DNA of 61,394 nucleotides from Candidatus Methanophagales archaeon (GCA_025435355.1 JANJFQ010000001.1:1-61394); one strand, 5' to 3'; shown: positions 26,098 through 36,412, counted from the stretch's first letter. The notes: a model not told the origin generated them from the sequence alone. A program made the numbers and translations.

Positions 26098-27615
26098 TTA
26101 CACACCTCCTAAATTGCTGACTGCCATCTCTGCAAGATTTAAGATTACGTCTGTAACAGGATTTGGGAAACAAAAAATGATGGCGAAGATTGCGGTTATT
26201 GTTAAGGGAACGACCATGAACATAGAAGATTCTTTTATTTTTGGTTTTCCATCGCTCAAACCAGATTCTGATCCTTCCGACTTGCCAAAGAACGCGGTAT
26301 ATATAATAGGGAAAAAATAAACGACATCGAGCAGGGAACTTATCAGGATAACAGCTAAGAAAATCAGCTCGCCGGCTTCCAATGTTCCCAGACAAAGGAA
26401 CCATTTACTTACGAATCCACACGCCGGTGGCGCTCCGCACATTCCAAGCGCACCCACGGTAAATGCAAACATTGTTACTGGCATCGTTCGTCCTATGCCG
26501 CCCATCTCGCTTATGTTCCTCTTTCCCGATGCTACCATTATGGAACCCGCACACATAAAGAGGGTTATCTTCATGAATCCATGAAAGGGGATGTGAATCA
26601 TTGCCCCTGTTATACCCATGGGACCTAATAACGCCACACCGAAGATGATGTAAGACAACTGGCTTATCGTGGAATACGCAAGTCTTCTTTTCAGGTTGTC
26701 CTGTGCAATCGCAAACAGAGAAGCGACAATCATCGTAAAAGATGCTAAACAAGCGAGTATCACGCCAAGACCTAGTTCGCTCATCAAATCCACGCCATAT
26801 ATGTAACACACCAGCCGCACAATTCCAAATACGCCCGCCTTTACCACTGCTACCGCATGTAAAAGCGCACTTACAGGCGTTGGTGCCGCCATTGCAGTGG
26901 GAAGCCACGAGTGGAAAGGCATCCACGCTGCTTTCATGAACCCCAGCAGGAATAACATGAACAATACCATCAGTGCCGCTCGTGATGCTTCAGAAGCAAG
27001 GTTTGGTATTCCTCCACTCACAAAATCCGTCGTTCCTGCAAAATGGTAGGTTAAAACCACAGCAGCTAAGAAGAAACAGCCTGAGGAAAGCAGATACGCT
27101 AAATATTTACGACCTGCAAATAGCGCTTCCGGTGTCTGGTCATGCGCCACTAACGGATACGTTGAGACCGTTAATATCTCATAAAAGACGAACATCGTGA
27201 GCAGGTTCCCGGAGAGAGCCACACCCACCGCACCGAAAATGGCGAAAGCGAAGCAGAAGTAGTATCGTGTTTGGGCATGCTCGTGCAGCGACCTCATATA
27301 TCCGATGGAGTAAGAGGATACTAGAATCCACAAGAAAGAAGAAGTAATGGCGAAAATAAGCCCAAAGGCATCTACTTCGAAGCCAAAATCAACAGCCGGA
27401 AATGCAGTGAAGAACGTGTATTTGATGACGCCTCCCCCGATAATTGCGGGTATCATGGAGATGATGATAAGAAATTGCATTATGCTTGCGAACATCGTCC
27501 AGCTCTCTCTTATGTTCGGTCGCTTGCCAGATAATACTATAAAGATAGAGGCAATTGCAGGGCATAAGATTGCTAACACCGGTCTATACGATATAGATAT
27601 TAATTCCTCTATCAT
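26098..27615 (-). CDS. antiporter-like subunit, 'B-type' (MrpA N-terminal/NuoL-like or second MrpD-like)
   Basis: 'VDAFGLIFAITSSFLWILVSSYSIGYM', 'FYEILTVSTYPLV', 'FHSWLPTAMAAPTPVSALLHAVAVVKAG', 'LAYSTISQLSYI'. Confidence 0.8.
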   Translation of the reverse strand: MIEELISISYRPVLAILCPAIASIFIVLSGKRPNIRESWTMFASIMQFLIIISMIPAIIGGGVIKYTFFTAFPAVDFGFEVDAFGLIFAITSSFLWILVSSYSIGYMRSLHEHAQTRYYFCFAFAIFGAVGVALSGNLLTMFVFYEILTVSTYPLVAHDQTPEALFAGRKYLAYLLSSGCFFLAAVVLTYHFAGTTDFVSGGIPNLASEASRAALMVLFMLFLLGFMKAAWMPFHSWLPTAMAAPTPVSALLHAVAVVKAGVFGIVRLVCYIYGVDLMSELGLGVILACLASFTMIVASLFAIAQDNLKRRLAYSTISQLSYIIFGVALLGPMGITGAMIHIPFHGFMKITLFMCAGSIMVASGKRNISEMGGIGRTMPVTMFAFTVGALGMCGAPPACGFVSKWFLCLGTLEAGELIFLAVILISSLLDVVYFFPIIYTAFFGKSEGSESGLSDGKPKIKESSMFMVVPLTITAIFAIIFCFPNPVTDVILNLAEMAVSNLGGV

Positions 27616-29147
27616 GGTGCTGCATACACCCCCAATCCAAACATTGAATTGACCTGGTCTAATAAGGGTATAGGTATCTCAGTGAGCCAGAGAATACCCA
27701 TGATGATGCAGAGCAAAGCAAGTGTTAATACCGGGATGAGCATGCTAGGTGGTATTTCATCTTTACCTGAACCAGATGGGTGAGAATGACTCTCTTCTCT
27801 CTTCATGTACATCATTTCTATCACGCGCCAGAAATAAACGAGGTTGAGGAGCGTGCTGAGCAGCATAACCGCTACAAATATGAATTTCCCGGATTCCAAA
27901 GAAGCAAGTATTATATACACCTTCGACACAAATCCCACGCTCGGCGGCACACCTATCATTGAAATCGCCGCTAACGTAAACGCTGCACAGGTATAGGGCA
28001 TTTTCCTACCCAAACCCTGAAAATCTGCTATATTCCACAATTCCGCCTTGTAAATAAAAGCACCGGCAACCAGAAACAAACATCCCTTCATCAATGCGTG
28101 GTTCAATATGTGCATCAATGCCGGGGTCAGCCCACCCCAAAGGGGTGAGTGTGTGGAAATGGCAAGACCAACCGCAAGCATGATGTAGCCCATTTGCGAA
28201 ACTGAGGAATAAGCAAGCATCCGTTTCAAATTATACTGCGCTATTGCAAGTATAGAACCCACGATTATGCCTATCGCCGCTATCCAGCAAAGAAAATCGA
28301 ATATGATGGGTACGTAATCTGTGATAAATTTCAGCGTGAATACGGAAAAACAGACCCTTATGAATGCGTATGTGGAGACCTCGATGATTATACCGGAAAG
28401 TAGTGCGCTTATCTCCGAAGGTGCAAAGGCATGTGCATCTGGTAACCACGTATGAAGCGGGAATAGCGCCATTTTTATGCTTAGCCCAACCATGAAAAAA
28501 GCAAAAGCCGCCTGAACTACCTTATTCCCATATAAAGAAGGCAATAAGAGCGATAGGTCGTGCATGTTCAGCGAACCCGTTACCGAATATAAAAATCCTA
28601 TCCCCAGCAAGAAGAAACAAGCACCAATAGAACCCAGCACAAGATAAGTGAAGCTCGCTTTCAGCGCTATTTTACCCCTCGATGCTATTAACGCATACGA
28701 AGATAGGGACGTTATCTCGATGAACACGTACATGTTAAATATATCGCCGGTCACGGTTATACCGCACAGACCAGTAATGAGGAGTTGATAAATGACATAA
28801 AAAGGGACAATTTTATGAGGCAGTTCGTGCTCTATGCTCCTCTTTGAATACGTGACACATATCAAAGCTAAGAATAGAAGTATGACCAATGCATAAGCAT
28901 TCAAAGCATCCACGACATATTCTATACCCCATGGCGGGCTCCATCCTCCAAGCCAGTAACGTATAGTTCCTACGGTACGGACATAATGCAGGATAAAAAC
29001 AGCCATGACGAATTGAACGAGAATGGTTGCGATGGAGATAAAACAGCACGATTTCTTGTTCAGCCGGCCAGCAATCAAGATAGTGAATGCGGAAAACAGA
29101 GATATTACAATCACAAGCACCGGGAAATGTTCAACTGCTGTCAGCAT
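27612..29147 (-). CDS. antiporter-like subunit, 'A-type' (MrpD-like)
   Basis: 'YWLGGWSPPWGIEYVVDALNA', 'TGDIFNMYVFIEITSLSSYALIA', 'LHTWLPDAHAFAPSEISALLSG', 'LAYSSVSQMGYI'. Confidence 0.8.
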   Translation of the reverse strand: MLTAVEHFPVLVIVISLFSAFTILIAGRLNKKSCCFISIATILVQFVMAVFILHYVRTVGTIRYWLGGWSPPWGIEYVVDALNAYALVILLFLALICVTYSKRSIEHELPHKIVPFYVIYQLLITGLCGITVTGDIFNMYVFIEITSLSSYALIASRGKIALKASFTYLVLGSIGACFFLLGIGFLYSVTGSLNMHDLSLLLPSLYGNKVVQAAFAFFMVGLSIKMALFPLHTWLPDAHAFAPSEISALLSGIIIEVSTYAFIRVCFSVFTLKFITDYVPIIFDFLCWIAAIGIIVGSILAIAQYNLKRMLAYSSVSQMGYIMLAVGLAISTHSPLWGGLTPALMHILNHALMKGCLFLVAGAFIYKAELWNIADFQGLGRKMPYTCAAFTLAAISMIGVPPSVGFVSKVYIILASLESGKFIFVAVMLLSTLLNLVYFWRVIEMMYMKREESHSHPSGSGKDEIPPSMLIPVLTLALLCIIMGILWLTEIPIPLLDQVNSMFGLGVYAAP

Positions 29148-29170
29148 CAGAATTGTTTATAGGAAACAAA

Positions 29171-29214
29171 ATATATAAAGATATCCCTTTTTCTCCACGG
29201 GACACCGGTGACAC
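29171..29214 (-). promoter_or_regulatory. putative BRE/TATA promoter plus upstream conserved operator (GTGTC-ACCG-GTGTCCC, core CACCGGTG)
   Basis: The minus strand reads 'GTGTCACCGGTGTCCCGTGGAGAAAAAGGGATATCTTTATATAT'. About 40 of 47 nt are shared with 41680..41728, upstream of the paralogous operon. Confidence 0.55.
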
Positions 29215-29275
29215 GCTGAAAACTGCAAGAAATTTCTCTTGCTTTTTGCGTTACACCCCAGCTCGAAATGGCGAA

Positions 29276-29304
29276 GATGTAAAAACCGAAATATATTTAT
29301 ACAC
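29276..29304 (+). promoter_or_regulatory. putative promoter (TATA region) of 29354..30349, conserved with 19055..19083
   Basis: See 19055..19083. Confidence 0.5.
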
Positions 29305-29353
29305 TCATTCAAATTAAAATAATAGCCGGAAGGATAGGAGTTTTCAGATAAAG

Positions 29354-30349
29354 ATGGGCATAAAAGAATCCATAGGCAAAGTGATAATGGATGGGCGAAC
29401 ATTAGTAGCAGTAATATTTGTAGCGATTTTGTGGCGAGCGGTCATTAGTCTTGATGGCGAGATAGCGCTTTGGGAAAGTATGTGTTCGGGTATTGCTCTT
29501 TTCATTTTTGGCTGGGTTCTCTTTGCTTACATGTATCTCAAGTCCAAGAACCTGGAGGGCTGGGTAATGTCGAACTGGATTTATCAAGGGATTGCCGTTA
29601 GCATGGTCTCAATAAACATTTACGTTGTTATTTACTATTCGATGAGATGGTTCGAGTTACTGCATGTAGAAGCTTATCCGCAAATGGATTACCTTTTCAG
29701 AAATATAAGATATATCGCATTAGTGGTGTTTTATTGCGCTGTAATATGGTCAGCGATATATCTAAAAAAGATGCACGAGGATTATATATCGCTATCCAGA
29801 GAGAAGGGTCTTCTGCGTCTCCTATCTCCCTATTTATACGTAAGGGGTAAAAAGCTGAGAGAAATGGGCATTAAAGAGTTGATAGGCACGGTGATAACTG
29901 ATGAACGAACATTATTAGTGATAGTAGGGTTAGCGTTTTTATGGCGAACAGTCATAAGCATTGACTATAATATAGCGCTTTGGGAAAGTATGTGTTCAGG
30001 TATCGCGCTCTTCATCATGGGCTGGCTTTTTTTCGCCTACATATATTCTATGTCTAAGAAACAGGAAGACTGGTTGGATTTGATTAAAGTCTATCATGGA
30101 ATTGCCATTGGTCTAACCGCTATAAACATTTATGTTCTCGTTTACTATGGAATGAGGTGGTATAGCTTAGCGGGCTTAGTAGAAGAAGTTTTTGTGCCAC
30201 TGGATTACCTTTTCAGAGATGCAAGATTTTTCGCATTAGCGATATTCTACTGTGCATCAATAGTGCTATCGAAATTTCTAAAAAGGGCGTATGAGGAATA
30301 TCGGTTGCTATCCGCGGAAGCGGAGAGCAGTAAATTATCCTCGCAGTAA
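29354..30349 (+). CDS. polytopic membrane protein, internally duplicated family (third gene)
   Basis: 'ILWRAVISLDGEIALWESMCSGIALFIFGW...YYSMRWF' and 'FLWRTVISIDYNIALWESMCSGIALFIMGW...YYGMRWY'. It is divergent from the antiporter module that starts at 29147. Confidence 0.65.
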   Translation: MGIKESIGKVIMDGRTLVAVIFVAILWRAVISLDGEIALWESMCSGIALFIFGWVLFAYMYLKSKNLEGWVMSNWIYQGIAVSMVSINIYVVIYYSMRWFELLHVEAYPQMDYLFRNIRYIALVVFYCAVIWSAIYLKKMHEDYISLSREKGLLRLLSPYLYVRGKKLREMGIKELIGTVITDERTLLVIVGLAFLWRTVISIDYNIALWESMCSGIALFIMGWLFFAYIYSMSKKQEDWLDLIKVYHGIAIGLTAINIYVLVYYGMRWYSLAGLVEEVFVPLDYLFRDARFFALAIFYCASIVLSKFLKRAYEEYRLLSAEAESSKLSSQ

Positions 30350-30376
30350 TTGCTCAATATCGATTTGCTTGTGATG

Positions 30377-33046
30377 CTAAAATTCTGCCTTCACAGTAAC
30401 TATCTCAAAAGGTTTCATCTTCAATTCTATTCTTTTACCATTTTTTTTCAACTTTTTTACCACACCCTCGTCCTCTTCCTCCAGCAGGTTCACCGCCTTG
30501 ACAGTCTTTGGCTCTCTGAACAGAGTTATTTCAGCATTCGTTTTTTCTCCCTTCGTCTCATAGAATCTTAGAATTGCTCCCTCTCCGTCCTCTGCCCTCT
30601 TAAGTGCGGATAAAACCACACTTTCCGGTTCCATTTTCAAAAAATACCGCTTCAAAGGCATTTTTTTGCCCTTCGGTAACTGCAATGCATCCAAAATGAA
30701 ATTGAATTCAAGAGCTTGCTTGTATGATGCGGCTTCTCTCCAATCTCCTCTGTGCGGATAAATGGAATATCTAAATACGTATCTTTTAAACTCCTGCGCA
30801 TCTGGAACAGGTATTGCAGGTCCTGTCCTACCATCCGAGGACAGCATTGAAACACTTCTGAGCAACGTCAAATAGATGTCTCCATCTCTTACCATGTTTT
30901 CCGGCGTACCCATGTGCATCACGGTCAAGCCCTTCTTTCCGTCAGAATAATCAAGCCACCTCAGCGATGGAAATACACCGCAGGGCCTCTCAACCCACTT
31001 CCCTTCCGGCTTACTTCTAAATTGGCATGTCGGACGGGAAACAACACCAAATTGTGTTCCGCATGCGTAATCAGAAGATTTTATGTCCGTGGAGAACCTG
31101 ACCCTGAGTCGTGCCCTCGGATGCTGGTCTTCTATATTCGTGATGAAATCTATTCTTGGGATGTCCTTATAAACTATAATTTTTTTCCCGCACGCTAGGT
31201 ATTTATGCTCCCATATAAGTGGTTCCAGCTTCTCCGTCAATCTGTACGGCCATCTCAGTGAAAAATAATCGGTTTTGACATTGATAACTCGTCTCAAAGG
31301 ACTTTCATTTATCCAGAAGTTCTTTACCCTGAACGAGCCGTACTTAACACCCTCGCCCGTTTCTGTTTTCACAGGGATATACAATTTTTGCAGATGGTAG
31401 TATAGGTCACCGGTTTCTTCCTCCAGCACAAGCTCATTCGCCATGCAAATCCTCTCGCCTTCTTGAATCACGTCAATTAACCCGGTGGCAGGGTCCGTCT
31501 CAACCCCAAAGAATCCATTTTCTATGGTGTTCCCCCTTATCAGGATATAATTCGGGTCATAACGATAATGTTTAGGCTCCCGCTCAAGGATCTTATAGAC
31601 CTTATATCCCAGTCCAGGAACAGTGGGAACAAATCCTATCCTCGCATATCTCAACGAGTCATCTTCATACCTCACAAACCGTATGACCTCTACATCTATT
31701 TCCTCTTCACCACTCATTAATCCTTTAATCGCTACTACTTCCCCTTTTTCAAAATTCAAATCCATCTCTACCCAGTCCTTCACTTCCCACGACAGCGAGT
31801 TAAATACTATTATATCCCCACTTTCAACTTCCCTTCCACCTTCTTCAGATTCCTGCTCTACTATTAAAGGGAACATGCGAGGGCAGAGGGTGCGCATTTT
31901 GGTCCTGAGGAAATGCAGATATTCTCTCACATCATCATAACCCCTGTCCATCCCTGTTCCCGGAACTACATCATGAAACGCGATGTACAAGATTTTTCGC
32001 CAGCAGTCTCTCAACTCATCAGAGGGATAGTAGCCATTCAGGATAGAGGATATTGTACACCATCGCTCGCAAGACAACAACCAACTTTCGTGGCTGCAAA
32101 GTCCCTGTTTTATCCACATCCTGCTCGAGCAGCAATCAGGAAAAACCGCGGAGTACTTCCCTGAATACATCTCCCCCTTCCTTACCTCCATCTTAAGATT
32201 CTTTTCCTCTATTTCCTTCTCCAGTGCTTCAAAGAATTCACTTGGCGTTGCAATCTTCATCTTCGCTACTTCTCCTTTATTCTCTTTCCATGCCTTCACA
32301 ACCTCCGGTGTTTCTGGTTGCGGCATCGTAACTCCGCTCCCGGAAGGCATCAAGATATGAGAGGTTGCTGCCACTTCCTTGAGTTTCTCATAGCTTTCTT
32401 CCAGCTTTGTCAAGTCCAACCCTGCCCTGTATCCTAAAGGCATCCAGTGAGCTAAAATTATCGTTTCATCCAAACCCTTCCAGAAGAATTCCGAGGGCTT
32501 TCTCTTCGATGCCCCCCTTCTGAATGCAACATATTTGTAGCCGGATTTTTTGTATATCTGCGGGAGCTGGGCATTCAAACCAAAACTGTCTGCCTGCCAC
32601 ATTACCGGAACATCAACCCCGAACTTTGCCCTTATATATCTCTTACCCATCAAGATTTCTCTTATCAGTGTCTCTCCTTCCGGGAGCATTGTATCTGCCA
32701 TCAGGTATTCTCCGTCAGCAATCTCTATCTTGCCTTCCTTTATGCACTTCGCAATCTTTGAGAACAGTTCTGGATACCTTTTCTCCATCTCCTCCAGCAG
32801 AAAGGTTTGCTCTATCAAGAACTTGTAATCTGTCTTCTCAACAAGCCCAACCACTTCCTTCAGAATGAGCAGCATATTGATATAAAAATAATTCTCCTTC
32901 GTGAAGACCCAGATGGCATCGTAATGCGTGTGTGGGACGAGGTAAATCGTGTCTTTTTCTTTTTTCTTCCCGTTTGTCATATCTTTCATTTCAGCTTGTG
33001 TCAATACTTTCAAAAAAAATCCATATCTCTTTAGGCTTGAGAGCAC
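30377..33046 (-). CDS. GH38-family alpha-mannosidase
   Basis: N-terminal 'LVPHTHYDAIWVF' (HxHxDxxW metal site), 'QADSFGL', size ~870-890 aa. The true start may be the internal Met at 32989. Confidence 0.7.
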   Translation of the reverse strand: MLSSLKRYGFFLKVLTQAEMKDMTNGKKKEKDTIYLVPHTHYDAIWVFTKENYFYINMLLILKEVVGLVEKTDYKFLIEQTFLLEEMEKRYPELFSKIAKCIKEGKIEIADGEYLMADTMLPEGETLIREILMGKRYIRAKFGVDVPVMWQADSFGLNAQLPQIYKKSGYKYVAFRRGASKRKPSEFFWKGLDETIILAHWMPLGYRAGLDLTKLEESYEKLKEVAATSHILMPSGSGVTMPQPETPEVVKAWKENKGEVAKMKIATPSEFFEALEKEIEEKNLKMEVRKGEMYSGKYSAVFPDCCSSRMWIKQGLCSHESWLLSCERWCTISSILNGYYPSDELRDCWRKILYIAFHDVVPGTGMDRGYDDVREYLHFLRTKMRTLCPRMFPLIVEQESEEGGREVESGDIIVFNSLSWEVKDWVEMDLNFEKGEVVAIKGLMSGEEEIDVEVIRFVRYEDDSLRYARIGFVPTVPGLGYKVYKILEREPKHYRYDPNYILIRGNTIENGFFGVETDPATGLIDVIQEGERICMANELVLEEETGDLYYHLQKLYIPVKTETGEGVKYGSFRVKNFWINESPLRRVINVKTDYFSLRWPYRLTEKLEPLIWEHKYLACGKKIIVYKDIPRIDFITNIEDQHPRARLRVRFSTDIKSSDYACGTQFGVVSRPTCQFRSKPEGKWVERPCGVFPSLRWLDYSDGKKGLTVMHMGTPENMVRDGDIYLTLLRSVSMLSSDGRTGPAIPVPDAQEFKRYVFRYSIYPHRGDWREAASYKQALEFNFILDALQLPKGKKMPLKRYFLKMEPESVVLSALKRAEDGEGAILRFYETKGEKTNAEITLFREPKTVKAVNLLEEEDEGVVKKLKKNGKRIELKMKPFEIVTVKAEF

Positions 33047-33150
33047 AGCCTCTACAATGCTTCATAACTGTTTTTTTCTTTTAATTGCAAGAATACTGCA
33101 GGAAACGTTTTAAAATAAGGGATAGCTATACAAATACATGTAAATTATCA

Positions 33151-34554
33151 TCATACAAAAGGGATGAGCTTTAATTTAAGAGCCTCTTCGGTGATAATAT
33201 TCTCCAAGCAATGTAACTTGGTATCAGGGCGATTGCAATAAAGGATAACACTCCTGTCGAGCACGGTCACCTTAAAGCGATTTGTTACCATGTGACCCAG
33301 CTCTTCGCCCAATGCGCCTCCGGTAGGCATTCCAAATACTGCTACATTTCCCGCCTCTCTTATCTCCATTACCCAGTATGAGAATAACTCCGCCATTCTC
33401 TCAAGGTTGCCCGGCATTTTCAAGCGATATTGGTACTCTAACAAATCAGTTCCGATGATAACCATGACTGGGGGTTCTAAACCGGAAATGAAATCCGTGA
33501 ACAACGGAAAATCTTCCTCCATTGATTCTCCTTTCAAAACTTTCACGTTCTCTCTTACTTCTTTCCTCTCCTTTCTTATCTCAAAGACTGTGAAATACTT
33601 CATATAATCCTCTTCCTTCACGAAGGGCAATATCCCCCTCCTTAACCTCCTCTCGTCCCATCCACTGCTCGGAATCTTCACGCAATGGTTCCCTTGCTGT
33701 ATATTGTTTATAATCATGTGAGCGACGATGGATTGGTATCCTAAAAGGGATAAATCATCTCCATATTCTACTATCGTGGTACTTCCCTTGCTTAATCCGC
33801 CTTCCACAATCCTATCCAATTCCACGCAACCCGTAGATATATTTGTGGCGGTATTTGGCACAATCTCTACCCTTCTCGGCTTCTCTATTTTCCTCCTCTG
33901 GAAAGAACGGAAAAAACGGAATCTGCCACCATCTAAGGTAAAACCATATTTGTGCTGGTCTATTCGGATACCTCTTAATTTCTTTAGCACCATTTCCCTT
34001 GCCCTCCGATAGTCTATGGTCATGCGGCTTAGCTCTACTATTCCATCAACTATATAATCAAGCGGAGTGGTGTCAGTTGTTTCCGATATGAGTATCAAAT
34101 TCATTTTGTATTGCGTTGCATAATTCCTTACCAGGTCGGTTATTGCAGCTTCCAGCACTTCCCTCTTATCCTCTTTTCCCCCCGATATTATCGCCTCCCA
34201 GCTATCAATTACGAGTGTAGCGGGTTTTCCTGCCTCTACCATTTTCACGTGAAGAATATCAGAAATAGGGGGCGCTCTTGGAAACGCCTTTGATGAAATA
34301 TACAACTTAGTTGCATCTACCACGCTAAAACCGACACGTTCTTCCAACCATGGAAATTGGTTGTAAAGAGCAGGAAGTGAAACCCTCGCTGAAAGATATA
34401 CGGCATTCTCGCCTCCGAACTCGTCGAGCATTTCAAATGCAAGCATTGTCTTCCCCGTGCCCGGCTCCCCCTTTATCAGCAGCGAATACCCTTCCCCTGC
34501 TGATAGCGCCGCCCTCAATTCAGGTGGTATTCTGCTATTCATATCATTCAACAT
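33151..34554 (-). CDS. KaiC/GvpD/RAD55-type RecA-superfamily ATPase, two-domain, second domain without Walker A
   Basis: 'LLIKGEPGTGKTMLAFEML', 'TLVIDSWEAI'. The C-terminal 'VLDRSVILYCNRPDTKLHCLEN' is identical to that of 22407..23795. Confidence 0.75.
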   Translation of the reverse strand: MLNDMNSRIPPELRAALSAGEGYSLLIKGEPGTGKTMLAFEMLDEFGGENAVYLSARVSLPALYNQFPWLEERVGFSVVDATKLYISSKAFPRAPPISDILHVKMVEAGKPATLVIDSWEAIISGGKEDKREVLEAAITDLVRNYATQYKMNLILISETTDTTPLDYIVDGIVELSRMTIDYRRAREMVLKKLRGIRIDQHKYGFTLDGGRFRFFRSFQRRKIEKPRRVEIVPNTATNISTGCVELDRIVEGGLSKGSTTIVEYGDDLSLLGYQSIVAHMIINNIQQGNHCVKIPSSGWDERRLRRGILPFVKEEDYMKYFTVFEIRKERKEVRENVKVLKGESMEEDFPLFTDFISGLEPPVMVIIGTDLLEYQYRLKMPGNLERMAELFSYWVMEIREAGNVAVFGMPTGGALGEELGHMVTNRFKVTVLDRSVILYCNRPDTKLHCLENIITEEALKLKLIPFV

Positions 34555-34593
34555 AAGCGATTCATAAATAAAAAACCTTTCGGTTTTTTGAAT

Positions 34594-34860
34594 TTATGGA
34601 GGGAAAAGCATTTCCCGGTACAGGATAACGGCTTTAAGCGCGTAAAAAAATAGATACGCCATCACACAAAGAACAACGAAAAGAACACCCATGAAAAGAC
34701 CGAAGTAATAACCTAAACTCTCCACTTCTACTTCAGGGCAATTTTCCTTTATTAATTCCAATGTCTCAGGGTCACATGAACCCAAACCACGGATGAGCCT
34801 AATGGTGCATGCGGGACATCTAATAAAACATTTAATTGCACTGCCGAATTTACTTCCCAT
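34594..34860 (-). CDS. small Cys-containing protein with C-terminal TM anchor
   Basis: 'KCFIRCPACTIRL...NCPEVEVESLGYYFGLFMGVLFVVLCVMAY'. It ends 39 nt upstream of the KaiC-like gene. Confidence 0.55.
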   Translation of the reverse strand: MGSKFGSAIKCFIRCPACTIRLIRGLGSCDPETLELIKENCPEVEVESLGYYFGLFMGVLFVVLCVMAYLFFYALKAVILYREMLFPP

Positions 34861-34915
34861 CTCCTTTACCTCCTTTTATACTTATGATCTATAAATATTT
34901 CGTTATTTATCGCCA

Positions 34916-36412
34916 TTATAATAGTCCTATTACAGAGTGGAGGAGATCCATGATGGGTTCAGGATACAAGCCTATGATGAAAGATATAACTGCCAGGATG
35001 AGAAGAGGAATACTCATCGTTAATGGCGGGTCCCTAATCTTAGCGTTATTTGCTAGTTCGGGCTTTAAGGGACCAAAGAATATTCTATGCGCAGCCCAGA
35101 ATGTATAAGCACCCGTTAATATGGTTGAGAGGATACCCAGACTTGCAATTACCAGTCCTATGGAAGTTGGATTTGCACTGAAAATGCCGGTAAACAATAT
35201 CCATTTTCCTGTAAATCCACTTGTGAGAGGAACACCTGTGAGTATTACTGCGCCTGCTATCCAGAGCGTAGCGGATATTGGCATCTTATGTATAAGTCCA
35301 CCCATCTTACTCATATTCCTGATCCCCGTTACATAAACTATTATACCGGCAGTTGAAAAGAGAATGGCTTTACCCAGGATATGACTCAGGAAGTAATAGA
35401 CTCCGCCTTCAATACTCCAGATTGTGAGTGCTCCCAGCCCAATGAGCGAGTATGATATCTGACCGATAGTTGAGCACGCACAGAGTCGCTTCACGTCATC
35501 TTGAGCCAGCGTGAGAAGAGCGCCATATACTATGGTTATCAGAGCCATTATCATAATAGGTATGCCGAACACTTTGAGGTCATTATGGAGTGGCAGGATG
35601 AGAACCCTAACAATCACATACGCAGCTATATTAGCATAAACGGCAAGCAATCCCGCTATGCAGGTGGGATGCTCTGCGTGAACCGAGGGCATCCAAACGT
35701 GAAGCGGAAATACTGCCATCTTGGTAAATAGACCGAGAAAGATAAGTAATGCAATCCAAAAAGCCATTGGATTCCCTGCAAGAGCATGTAACTCTGAGAT
35801 TTCAAAGGTACCCATCTGAGAGTAAACTAATACAGACCCAAATAAGACGAATGTTCCACCAACAATTCCCCATAGGAAACACATTACGGCAACTCTAAAG
35901 CGCTCTACATAGCCAAAGTAACTCATGATGAAGTAAAGGGGAATAACGAGTAATTCTATAAAGAGGTATATTATTATGAGGTTTGTAGCAAAGCAAATAC
36001 CAAGGAAACTTATGGGGAAGAGGAGGTAGAGCCAGAAATAGGTGGTGTAATACGCAAGCCGTGTCTTTTCATCTTCGTCTTCATATATTACCTCTAATCG
36101 GTGTTCTACATAGTGCAGTGAGTAAAACGAAAGAGCGGTGCATATTATATTTATTATCAATGCAACAGGTAGACTCAAACCGTCAGCCAAAAGCCCAAAG
36201 GTCACATAGGGCCCCCACACATATTCCTCGCGAATCACCGTACCCTGATAAACGCGGATGCCCGCTATGAAGAGAAGAGCAGTAGTGTATAGTAGAGCCA
36301 TAATGGGTATCCATCCAGCTCTTCTTCCTATTTTGCGCCTGGTTAAAAGTATGACCAGAGCGGCTATAACTGGCACGAGCATTGTTTGCAGGAGAATATA
36401 GGGTATCATCAT
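34916..36412 (-). CDS. antiporter-like subunit, 'D-type' (NuoM/ND4-like)
   Basis: 'LLADGLSLPVALIINIIC', 'FIELLVIPLYFI', 'LHVWMPSVHAEHPTCIAGLLA', 'CSTIGQISY', 'GGLIHKMP'. The start overlaps the upstream stop by 4 nt. Confidence 0.75.
   Translation of the reverse strand: MMIPYILLQTMLVPVIAALVILLTRRKIGRRAGWIPIMALLYTTALLFIAGIRVYQGTVIREEYVWGPYVTFGLLADGLSLPVALIINIICTALSFYSLHYVEHRLEVIYEDEDEKTRLAYYTTYFWLYLLFPISFLGICFATNLIIIYLFIELLVIPLYFIMSYFGYVERFRVAVMCFLWGIVGGTFVLFGSVLVYSQMGTFEISELHALAGNPMAFWIALLIFLGLFTKMAVFPLHVWMPSVHAEHPTCIAGLLAVYANIAAYVIVRVLILPLHNDLKVFGIPIMIMALITIVYGALLTLAQDDVKRLCACSTIGQISYSLIGLGALTIWSIEGGVYYFLSHILGKAILFSTAGIIVYVTGIRNMSKMGGLIHKMPISATLWIAGAVILTGVPLTSGFTGKWILFTGIFSANPTSIGLVIASLGILSTILTGAYTFWAAHRIFFGPLKPELANNAKIRDPPLTMSIPLLILAVISFIIGLYPEPIMDLLHSVIGLL

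Noticed and set aside
29225-29247. Perfect 6-bp hairpin 'GCAAGA-AATTTC-TCTTGC' followed by T5 in the divergent intergenic region
   Set aside because: It looks like an intrinsic terminator on the plus strand, but no plus-strand gene ends upstream of it. The stem is short, and the equivalent position at 41730-41750 is only weakly similar. The evidence is insufficient.
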